The notes under the pieces: model-generated | Seen by the model: the letters and a program-made list of their open reading frames with translations, nothing else | Told to the model about the DNA's origin: nothing | Database searches by the model: none | NCBI RefSeq assembly: GCF_025055495.1 | Contig: NZ_JANWXB010000120.1 | Coordinates: 1-24,000 of the forward strand | Direction: 5' to 3' | DNA: 24,000 bases | Source of the DNA: Thermoflexus sp. | Lineage (GTDB): Bacteria; Chloroflexota; Anaerolineae; Thermoflexales; Thermoflexaceae | Made by a program: the position numbers and the translations under genes | Shown here: positions 8,980-15,634 of the stretch, in pieces | Position numbering within the stretch: the first letter of the stretch is position 1 | Layout of the letters: every line of letters begins with the position of its first letter

Positions 8980-9701
8980 GCCCGGTCGGGATGGCGGTAG
9001 CGGTCTGGGCCCTCCGCCCTGCGGGCTCCCGGCTGGCGGCCGGAGGGCTGTTGTTGCTCTGGGCCATCCTGGGCGGGATCCTGTTGCTTCATGATGTCTT
9101 CTACACCCGGCTGGATGTCGCGGGTGCCCGCATCCTCTCCCCGGAGGCGCTGGCGGCGGCCAGCGGGATCGATGGGTTGCATATCTTCTGGGTGAACCCG
9201 GAGGAAGCCGCCGCCGCGGTTCGTCATCGGTTCCCCGCTCTGAGGTCTGCAACCGTGCGCTGTCGATGGCCGGCGTTTTGCACCCTTTTCGTCGTGGAAG
9301 GAGAGGCTTCATGGGAGTGGGTGAGCGGAGACCTGCGACTGTTTCTGGATGAGAACGGCCAGGTGATGGAGGGGGATGCCGTAAACGCCCAGCGCCGTCT
9401 GGAGGTTTACGGCCTGCCGCCCCTCGCGCCGGGCCAGCGGGTGGATCCCTGGCTATGGGAGCGCATGCAGGATCTGAGCTGGGCATTCCCGGAGATCCCC
9501 ACATTCCGCTATGAGGCGGGTCGCGGTTTCTCCTTCGTAGATCCTTACGGCTGGCCCGTGCTGCTGGGAGAATTTGGGTCAATGGCGACGCGTGCCGCAG
9601 CCTGGCGGGCGCTGCGCGATCTTCTCGCCGCGCATGGTCAGCGCCCCGCTTATCTCGATCTGCGGGTCCCTGAAGCGCCAACAGTTGGTTTTCAAAATTA
9701 G
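8913..9701 (+). CDS. ftsQ: Cell division protein FtsQ (POTRA-containing)
   Basis: Arg-rich cytoplasmic N-terminus (QSRRRRAARRRQR), one TM helix (LLLLWAILGGILLL), then a POTRA-like segment (VAGARILSPEALAAASGIDGLHIFWVNPEEAAAAV). Positioned between ddl and ftsA. GAGGGG lies 5 nt upstream of ATG 8913. An alternative ATG at 8991 would remove the overlap with ddl. Confidence 0.75.
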   Translation: MAFFQSRRRRAARRRQRTFHSVSPVGMAVAVWALRPAGSRLAAGGLLLLWAILGGILLLHDVFYTRLDVAGARILSPEALAAASGIDGLHIFWVNPEEAAAAVRHRFPALRSATVRCRWPAFCTLFVVEGEASWEWVSGDLRLFLDENGQVMEGDAVNAQRRLEVYGLPPLAPGQRVDPWLWERMQDLSWAFPEIPTFRYEAGRGFSFVDPYGWPVLLGEFGSMATRAAAWRALRDLLAAHGQRPAYLDLRVPEAPTVGFQN

Positions 9702-9764
9702 CGGTTTGCTTTCTCCTGAGGGTTTTGGAGGCGAAGCCGGTCGCCGAAGACAACCGCTCTTTAG

Positions 9765-9797
9765 CCCTCCCCATGCGCTTTCGGGCCGTGGGGAGGG
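9765..9797 (+). repeat. GC-rich palindromic element, copy 1 (CCCTCCCCA-N15-TGGGGAGGG) in the ftsQ-ftsA spacer
   Basis: 9-bp perfect arms at 9765-9773 and 9789-9797. It shares the identical 15-mer GGGCCGTGGGGAGGG (9783-9797) with the element at 11258-11272. Confidence 0.7.
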
Positions 9798-9876
9798 AGG
9801 GATTCGAGGGAGGTAAGATCATCCACCAGCCAGGCGCATTGGTCCTATTCCTGAAGGGCGTGAGAGGGTGTAGCTT

Positions 9877-11103
9877 ATGACGCTGGTCGCGATGGATATC
9901 GGAACCAGCAAGATCTGCACGCTGGTGGGCGAGGCCGATGAAGCCGGGATGCTTCGCATCCTGGGCGTGGGGGTTGTTCCAGCCCGGGGGATCCGAAGGG
10001 GGGTGGTGGTGAATATCGCCGAGGCCACCGAGGCCATTGCCGCTTCCGTGGAGAAAGCGGAGCGCACGAGCGGCTACCAGATCCGCCGGGCCATCGTGGG
10101 CATCGCTGGGCCTTACGTAGCCTCGGTGAACAGCAAGGGCACCGCCTCCGTGATGCGGGGGGATCGAGGGATCAGCCCGGCGGATGTGCAGCGGGCGGTG
10201 GAGAACGCCCGGACCATCGCCATCCCCCATTCTCACGAGATCCTCCACGTGCTCCCACGCTCCTTCATCGTAGATGGGCAGGAAGGGATTCGGGATCCCA
10301 TGGGGATGTATGGCTTCCGGCTGGAAGCGGAGGTCCACATCGTGACGGCTCAGGTGGGCCCGCTGGCTAACCTGCGGCGGTGCATTGAGGCGGCTCAGAT
10401 CGCGGTGGAAGAGTTCGTCCTCTCCCCCTTGGCTTCGGCCGAGGCCGTGATCACGGAGGGGGAACGGGAGATGGGGGTTGCCCTGGTGGATATCGGGGCG
10501 GGGACGACGGATCTGGCAGTCTTTGTGGAGGGAAACATCGCGCACACAGCGGTGATCCCGGTGGGAGGGCAGCATATCACCAACGATCTGGCCTACGGCC
10601 TGCACGTCCCGGCGACGGTGGCGGAGGAGCTCAAGATCAAATACGGCCATGCGTCGGTCCAGGCCGTCGCGCCGGAAGAACAGATCACCGTTCAGGGTTT
10701 TGGGGAGAACGGCGTGCTGACTTTCTCCCGTCGAGAGATGGCCGAGATCATCGAGGCGCGGGTCCAGGAGATCTTTCAGTTAGTCCTGAAAGATCTGAGA
10801 GCCTCGGGCTACGAACGGTTGCTCCCAGCAGGGCTGGTTCTCTGTGGGGGCACCGCCATGCTATCCGGGATCCGAGAGGTGGCCCGCGAGGTCACCGGGA
10901 TGCCGGTCCGGGTGGGCATGCCCTGGGATCTGGGAGGCTTAGCGGAGACGCTTCGTTCGCCGATGTTTGCGGCGGCGGTGGGCTTGCTCCGCTGGGGCCT
11001 GCGGATGGATATGAGCCCGAGTTATTCTCCATCCGGGGATTCATGGCTGGGCCGTCTCTGGAGGACCTTGCGGGGGATCTTCCGGGAAATGTTGCCGGGG
11101 TAG
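9877..11103 (+). CDS. ftsA: Cell division protein FtsA (actin-like ATPase)
   Basis: 408 aa. Phosphate-1 AMDIGTSKICTLVGE and phosphate-2 VDIGAGTTDLAVF, plus LVLCGGTAMLSGI. C-terminal amphipathic membrane-targeting helix WLGRLWRTLRGIFREML. GAGAGGGTG lies 6 nt upstream of the ATG. Confidence 0.94.
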   Translation: MTLVAMDIGTSKICTLVGEADEAGMLRILGVGVVPARGIRRGVVVNIAEATEAIAASVEKAERTSGYQIRRAIVGIAGPYVASVNSKGTASVMRGDRGISPADVQRAVENARTIAIPHSHEILHVLPRSFIVDGQEGIRDPMGMYGFRLEAEVHIVTAQVGPLANLRRCIEAAQIAVEEFVLSPLASAEAVITEGEREMGVALVDIGAGTTDLAVFVEGNIAHTAVIPVGGQHITNDLAYGLHVPATVAEELKIKYGHASVQAVAPEEQITVQGFGENGVLTFSRREMAEIIEARVQEIFQLVLKDLRASGYERLLPAGLVLCGGTAMLSGIREVAREVTGMPVRVGMPWDLGGLAETLRSPMFAAAVGLLRWGLRMDMSPSYSPSGDSWLGRLWRTLRGIFREMLPG

Positions 11104-11231
11104 AGCGTGCCCTCCCATCGTCTGGAGACACACCCTTCTCGGGGGATTTTATGGGGCTATTGCTTTGTCCAGTTATCAACTGGGGATTTGAGGGACCGAA
11201 GCGAGTCCGGAAGGCGATGGCCCCTCCCCCC

Positions 11232-11280
11232 TTTCTCCCCCCTCCCCAAGGCCCAGAGGGCCGTGGGGAGGGGGGAGAAA
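11232..11280 (+). repeat. GC-rich palindromic element, copy 2 (hairpin A) in the ftsA-ftsZ spacer
   Basis: Arms 11232-11254 and 11258-11280 give 23 positions: 22 Watson-Crick pairs plus one A/G mismatch (11249/11263), with an AGA loop. The 5' arm is pyrimidine-only outside the GGCCC core. Confidence 0.8.
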
Positions 11281-11289
11281 ACCTCTTTC

Positions 11290-11330
11290 GGGGGCGGTGC
11301 AGGGGGCCAAAGGCCCCCCGCACCGCCCCC
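11290..11330 (+). repeat. Second near-perfect palindrome (hairpin B) in the ftsA-ftsZ spacer
   Basis: GGGGGCGGTGCAGGGGGCC-AAA-GGCCCCCCGCACCGCCCCC. 19 positions with a single A/C mismatch (11301/11319). No U-tract follows on either strand. Confidence 0.8.
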
Positions 11331-11587
11331 GAAAACCCCCAAATGAAAAATGGACAACGCACTAGCCTCCTGACTCACCATCGTCGGGTCGAGAGACGCG
11401 CATCGTTTCGGAGGATGGGCTTCCCAGTTCATTCAATAGGTGCTTCAGAAGACATGCCTTTCGAGAGAGCCGCGAGGCTCCCGACCGGCTCATCCTGCTC
11501 GCCAGGAGCTCTAACATCGGGAATTCCGCCTGAGGCTATCCCTTCTACGCCCAGGCTGATCTGGAACTCAGCAGGAGGAGGTGGACG

Positions 11588-12694
11588 ATGGATGCGATGA
11601 CGACCGGACAGACCCCGGCCAAAATCCGTGTGATGGGTGTGGGTGGCGGGGGCAGCAACGCGGTGAACCGTATGATCGAAGAGGGGCTCCGGGGGGTCGA
11701 GTTCATCGCTGTAAACACCGATGTGCAGGCCCTCTCCTTGGCCAAGGCCGATCGCCGGATTCACATCGGGGAGAAGATCACGCGCGGGCTGGGCGCGGGA
11801 GGGAACCCGGAGATCGGCTATAAGGCCGCAGAGGAGTCGGCGGATCTGATCTACGAGGCGCTCCGCGGTTCGGACATGGTGTTCATCACGGCGGGCATGG
11901 GGGGCGGAACGGGGACGGGCGCCAGTCCGGTGATCGCCCGGATCGCCCGGGAGGTGGGGGCCCTGACCATCGGGGTAGTCACCCGCCCCTTCTCTTTCGA
12001 GGGGCCACGGCGAGCCAAGGCGGCCGAAGAGGGGATCGCCCGTCTCAAGGAGAATGTGGATACCCTCATCGTGATCCCTAACGATCGCCTGCTGGAGATC
12101 ACCGATAAAAAGGTTACCCTGGTGCAGGCCTTCCGGATGGCCGATGAGGTGCTCCGCCAGGGTATTCAGGGGATCAGTGAACTGATCACGGTCCCTGGCC
12201 TGATCAACCTGGATTTCGCTGATGTGCGCGCCATTATGGCCGAGGGCGGCGCGGCCCTGATGGCCATCGGGGAGGCTTCCGGGGAGAACCGGGCGGTGGA
12301 GGCGGCTCAGCAAGCCATCTCCAGCCGGCTTTTAGAGGTCACCATCGACGGGGCGCGAGGGATCCTGTTCAACGTCACGGGCGGGCCTGATCTCACGCTC
12401 CATGAGGTCCATCAGGCAGCGGAGATCATCCGTCAGGCAGCTCATCCGGAGGCCAATATCATCTTCGGCGCGGTCATCGATGAGGCGATGCGGGATCGAG
12501 TGCGGATTACCGTGATCGCGACCGGATTCGAGCGCCCCCCAATTCCCGGTCGCCGTCCCGCTCCAGCGGCTGCGCCCGCCCGGTCCGAATCCGGCGCTCA
12601 TCGCCCTGAGGAGGCTCGGCGCTCAGCCCCCTCCGAGCGCAGCTTTAACGAGGGCGATCTGGATATCCCGGCCTTCCTACGGCGGCGAGGATGA
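11588..12694 (+). CDS. ftsZ: Cell division GTPase FtsZ
   Basis: 368 aa. [13 protein letters not shown] and the tubulin signature [16 protein letters not shown] Pro/Ala-rich linker precedes the conserved C-terminal peptide [12 protein letters not shown]. Strong SD GGAGGAGGTGG directly upstream. Confidence 0.97.
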   Translation: MDAMTTGQTPAKIRVMGVGGGGSNAVNRMIEEGLRGVEFIAVNTDVQALSLAKADRRIHIGEKITRGLGAGGNPEIGYKAAEESADLIYEALRGSDMVFITAGMGGGTGTGASPVIARIAREVGALTIGVVTRPFSFEGPRRAKAAEEGIARLKENVDTLIVIPNDRLLEITDKKVTLVQAFRMADEVLRQGIQGISELITVPGLINLDFADVRAIMAEGGAALMAIGEASGENRAVEAAQQAISSRLLEVTIDGARGILFNVTGGPDLTLHEVHQAAEIIRQAAHPEANIIFGAVIDEAMRDRVRITVIATGFERPPIPGRRPAPAAAPARSESGAHRPEEARRSAPSERSFNEGDLDIPAFLRRRG

Positions 12695-12841
12695 GGGCCA
12701 CGGTTCTCCTCAAGCCCTTCCAAGATCTCTGAAGCTTGTTTCGTCGCCATTCTGAGGCTTGAGGAAACGGGGCGGATAGTTTCGCCGCTCGCCCCCCATC
12801 TTGGTGTTCTGTGCGGTTTTCCCAGAGGGGGCTGACACGCC

Positions 12842-13258
12842 TCAGTGCCCCAGCTCGGACGCTGAGACGGCGCGAGGTTGCCAGACCAACCGGACCTTTC
12901 GAAACCGGCTCAGGCGCTCATGGGCGGCTTCCTGGAGAGGCCGTAGATGAGGGGCGCGAACCCGGAAGGTGCCCCGAAGCTGGGCGATGATCAACTGGCT
13001 ATCTCCCCGAACCTCCAGGGCGAAAGCGGAGGGATCTTTCCCGGCTTTCCGGATCCGATCGATCAGATCATCCAGGGCGGCGATCAGCGTTCGATATTCC
13101 GCTTCGTTATTGGTCATTTTTTCTTCAAAATTTAACCTGCATCGATCCTCTCGCCCATCCCGGGTTCGGATGATGTAGGACCCATAACCGGGGCCTGGAT
13201 TGCCCCGGCTTCCTCCGTCGAAGATGATTACATAATCGAAGGTTGTGGGTTGTGTCAT
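12842..13258 (-). CDS. rnhA: Type-1 ribonuclease H (short RNase HI / RVT_3-like form)
   Basis: 138 aa. RNase H fold motifs are in the expected order: IIFDGGSRGNPGPG (first Asp), TNNEAEY (Glu), VRGDSQLI (second Asp). GGAGAGG SD upstream. The usual C-terminal xADxLA is replaced by ASELGH. Confidence 0.78.
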   Translation of the reverse strand: MTQPTTFDYVIIFDGGSRGNPGPGYGSYIIRTRDGREDRCRLNFEEKMTNNEAEYRTLIAALDDLIDRIRKAGKDPSAFALEVRGDSQLIIAQLRGTFRVRAPHLRPLQEAAHERLSRFRKVRLVWQPRAVSASELGH

Positions 13259-13283
13259 TGCGGAGCCTCTCCAGGAAAGGATG

Positions 13284-13316
13284 GGGGATAGGCACGGGTC
13301 GTCCCTGCCTATCCCC
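13284..13316. repeat. Perfect 11-bp inverted repeat (GGGGATAGGCA-N11-TGCCTATCCCC), 26 nt upstream of the RNase H start codon
   Basis: Read directly. It lies in the presumptive 5' leader of the - strand RNase H gene, just upstream of its SD. Function unknown. Confidence 0.55.
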
Positions 13317-13482
13317 TTTCGTTGTGGGATTAGGAATCACGCCGTTGGGAGCCTGCTGAGCGAGGTGAGATGACCCCATCCTCCGGATCCCCCAATTCAA
13401 GATAGACAGCACCTGAAAGAACGATCCGTCACAAGTAAACACTGCTTTCAAGGCAACTGCTGCTTGGATCCCTCGCCGGTGT

Positions 13483-13560
13483 AAAAAGCTCTATCCCCCT
13501 CATTCTCTTCCCTCCCAGCTCTCAGACTTTGGGGGGAGAGGATGAAGGGGAGAGAGATGG
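13483..13560 (-). terminator. Orphan terminator-like long imperfect hairpin (pyrimidine arm / purine arm) followed by T5 on the - strand
   Basis: Arms 13491-13516 and 13531-13560 pair over about 28 positions, with a few mismatches or bulges by manual alignment. On the - strand the stem is followed by AGCTTTTTAC (A5 at 13483-13487 on +). On the + strand it is followed by CCTTTTAGG. No annotated gene ends here. Confidence 0.35.
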
Positions 13561-13747
13561 CCTTTTAGGTTGCCTTCCTACTCCCCCAGGAAGATCGTGG
13601 GTTGTGTTATTTTAAGCAATCCGCCGCGATCGGGATTATGATGAATAGCGCAGCAGGTTTCTCGCTCACTTTGCGTGCAGAAATAGGCGGGAGGACTTCG
13701 ATTCGCAACGAAAGGTTAAATAAAACTTTATACCTTCAGGAGCATCT

Positions 13748-15442
13748 ATGGCGCGTCGCGAACGACCTGAAATGGCCGTCTTTATTGATTTTGAGAACAT
13801 TGCCACCGCGGCGGAAAGCCGTTATTACACGCTGGATCTGAATCGCCTGTTTGCAGAGCTCGGGCGAAGGGGGCGGCTGGTCCTGAAGCGCGCCTATGGG
13901 GACTGGTCCCGTTTCACCAAATATCGAGATGAGCTGCTCCGGCACGGGGTGGATCTGGTTCAGATTTATTCCTACGGCCACAAGCTCGCCCGCAACCGCG
14001 CCGATGTCCGCATGGCCATCGATGCGATCGAGACGCTGTTCACCCGGCCGGAGGTCCAGATGTTTGCGATCATCTCGGGGGACAGCGATTTCTCCAGCCT
14101 GATCACCCGCCTTCGGGAGCATGGCAAGCTCGTGATCGGCGTGGGCGTGCAAGGGGCGACCAGCGATCTGATTCCCGCATTGTGCGATGAATTCATCTAT
14201 TATGACACGCTGATCGCGCCAGAAGCGGAAGCCGTGCCCCCGCCATCTCCATCTGCTCCTGAGCCTTCGCTTCCTGCCCTGGCCCCGGAGATCGTGGGGA
14301 CCGTTGAGCGTTACCGCCGCTATCTCCAGGATTGGGGGTTTGTGCTGTTGGAGCCCACGATCCGGCGGATGGGGTTGACCCGCCTCTTCGAGGCCCTGCG
14401 GGCTGGGATCGCCGAGCTCACCCTGGCCCGATGGCTGGACCGGACGAACTGGGAGGGCCTGGAGATCGAAGCTGGCGGCCGCCAGGAGCTCGGATGGTTG
14501 TTGCTTCTGGGCCCGGCCCTGTCCTTCGGCCCTCTTCCACCCTCGTTCTTCACCCCGATTCAGGGAGTGCGGGTTGCGGGCCTGAAGCGGTTCATCGAAG
14601 CGGCGGAGAGCGGGCTGATCCGATTCCTGGGCATGGCGAACTGGCCGCTGGAGCCCGAAGCGCTGGCTTTCCTTCTTGGGCTTCCCGTGATGGAAGTAGA
14701 AGCGATACTTCGCGGGATGGCACGAGAGGGCTTGGTGGCAGCGGAAAACGGGACCTTCCGCTGGATCCCCCACGAAGATCCGTTGCGGGCTCCGGTGTTC
14801 GAGAACCTGCGGGCGGATCTGGCCGGGGTGACCTATCCCTCGGGGATCATGCCTTCGCTGGGGGATGCACGGGCGCTGTTCGAGGAGGGGATGAGCTATC
14901 GGCGGGATCGGAACTTCCCGATGGCGCTGGAGCGCTTCCGGTTGGCTCTGCGGATGACCCTGGATCTGTGGGAGACGCGCACTCCTGGAGTCGGACCCTA
15001 TGAGATCCGCTGGCGGGCGGCCAGCTACTGCTCGGTGCGAGCAGGGGAGCTCTTCAATAATCGCCGGGACTTCGCAGGCTCCCTTCCATACTACTATGCC
15101 TTCCTCGCTCTGATGATCCCAGGGGATCCGGTCTGGGAGAAGCTCCGGGGCCTGGTGGATTTCATGCTCCATTACGCGCTATCGGCTTTCTTTGATAATC
15201 AGGTTCCGGTGACCTCCGGGCCTTTCGCCCGGCGCCTGCTGGAGCTGTTCCATGATCCGGAGCCCACTCGGGCGGAGCGCATCCGGGGATGGATAGCTCA
15301 GGTGGCCCGGTTGAACCCGGCCATCCTTGGATGGCTGCTGGAGCAGCTGACCGGAGTGGAGGCCGGGGAGGAGCAGAAGGAGGCGCTGGAAATCTTTCTG
15401 CGCGGACAGATGCGGGGGACCCTTTTGGTTTCTGTGGGATAG
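13748..15442 (+). CDS. NYN/LabA-like (PIN-fold) domain protein with long uncharacterised C-terminal region
   Basis: 564 aa. The N-terminal ~160 aa match the NYN/DUF88 pattern (AVFIDFENI ... RAYGDW ... ADVRMAIDAIE ... FAIISGDSDFSSLITRLREHGKLVIGVG). A Pro-rich linker (VPPPSPSAPEPSLPALAP) follows. After it come a helical region with a winged-helix-like segment (LGLPVMEVEAILRGMAREGLVAAENGTFRWIP) and TPR-like helices. AGGAG lies 5 nt upstream of the ATG. Confidence 0.85.
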   Translation: MARRERPEMAVFIDFENIATAAESRYYTLDLNRLFAELGRRGRLVLKRAYGDWSRFTKYRDELLRHGVDLVQIYSYGHKLARNRADVRMAIDAIETLFTRPEVQMFAIISGDSDFSSLITRLREHGKLVIGVGVQGATSDLIPALCDEFIYYDTLIAPEAEAVPPPSPSAPEPSLPALAPEIVGTVERYRRYLQDWGFVLLEPTIRRMGLTRLFEALRAGIAELTLARWLDRTNWEGLEIEAGGRQELGWLLLLGPALSFGPLPPSFFTPIQGVRVAGLKRFIEAAESGLIRFLGMANWPLEPEALAFLLGLPVMEVEAILRGMAREGLVAAENGTFRWIPHEDPLRAPVFENLRADLAGVTYPSGIMPSLGDARALFEEGMSYRRDRNFPMALERFRLALRMTLDLWETRTPGVGPYEIRWRAASYCSVRAGELFNNRRDFAGSLPYYYAFLALMIPGDPVWEKLRGLVDFMLHYALSAFFDNQVPVTSGPFARRLLELFHDPEPTRAERIRGWIAQVARLNPAILGWLLEQLTGVEAGEEQKEALEIFLRGQMRGTLLVSVG

Positions 15443-15634
15443 GATTTGCTCAGGCCGCCTTTGTCAGAGGAGCTCATCGGTATCTTCCTCAGTAGCGCTT
15501 ACTTATGGTGGATCGCGCATTCGATTTGCAGGGATGAGTAGGGGTTATGCCCGCTTCCCCGGAGAAGGCGCTTCCACTGGATTTGCCGCCCGAAGTTGCA
15601 CGGGGCGTTAAATTTTTTCTTCGAGGCGATCACG

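Noticed and set aside
8152-10650. Very long antisense ORFs: 8152..10650 - (832 aa), plus 3665..4894 -, 5587..6744 -, 6879..7934 -, 13736..15172 -, 17134..18495 -, 1718..2587 - and 19999..20844 -.
   Set aside because: Each lies opposite a gene with unambiguous conserved motifs. Their translations are Arg/Pro/Gly/His-rich low-complexity strings with no recognisable domains. Long stop-free antisense frames are expected in GC-rich DNA.
11169-11183. Palindrome CCAGTT-ATC-AACTGG containing TTATCAACT, considered as a DnaA box or operator.
   Set aside because: It has two mismatches to the TTATNCACA consensus and is a single copy with no clustered boxes. A 6-bp inverted repeat of this kind is easily a chance occurrence.
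10892-11600. ORFs spanning the ftsA-ftsZ spacer: 11043..11600 +, 11107..11346 +, 10892..11362 - and 11157..11432 -.
   Set aside because: Their sequences (PPPFLPPPQGPEGRGEGGENLFRGR and similar) are simply translations of the pyrimidine and purine arms of the palindromes. All frames and both strands are open there, which is typical of non-coding repeats.
12708-12800. Inverted repeats after ftsZ and after the convergent rnh: CCTCAAGCC (12708-12716) with GGCTTGAGG (12756-12764), and a bulged GGGGCGG...CCGC-TCG-CCCC stem near 12769-12796. Considered as terminators.
   Set aside because: The first has a 39-nt loop. The second needs a 3-nt bulge and lacks an adjacent U-tract on either strand. Termination must occur somewhere in this convergent spacer, but I cannot pinpoint it from the sequence.
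13125-13451. 108-aa - strand ORF overlapping the RNase H 5' end and the spacer, and the 79-aa + strand ORF 13602..13841 overlapping the NYN start.
   Set aside because: The 108-aa ORF begins at a non-ATG (TTG) start. Neither ORF has an evident SD, each runs across a hairpin or an overlapping real gene in another frame, and neither has recognisable motifs.
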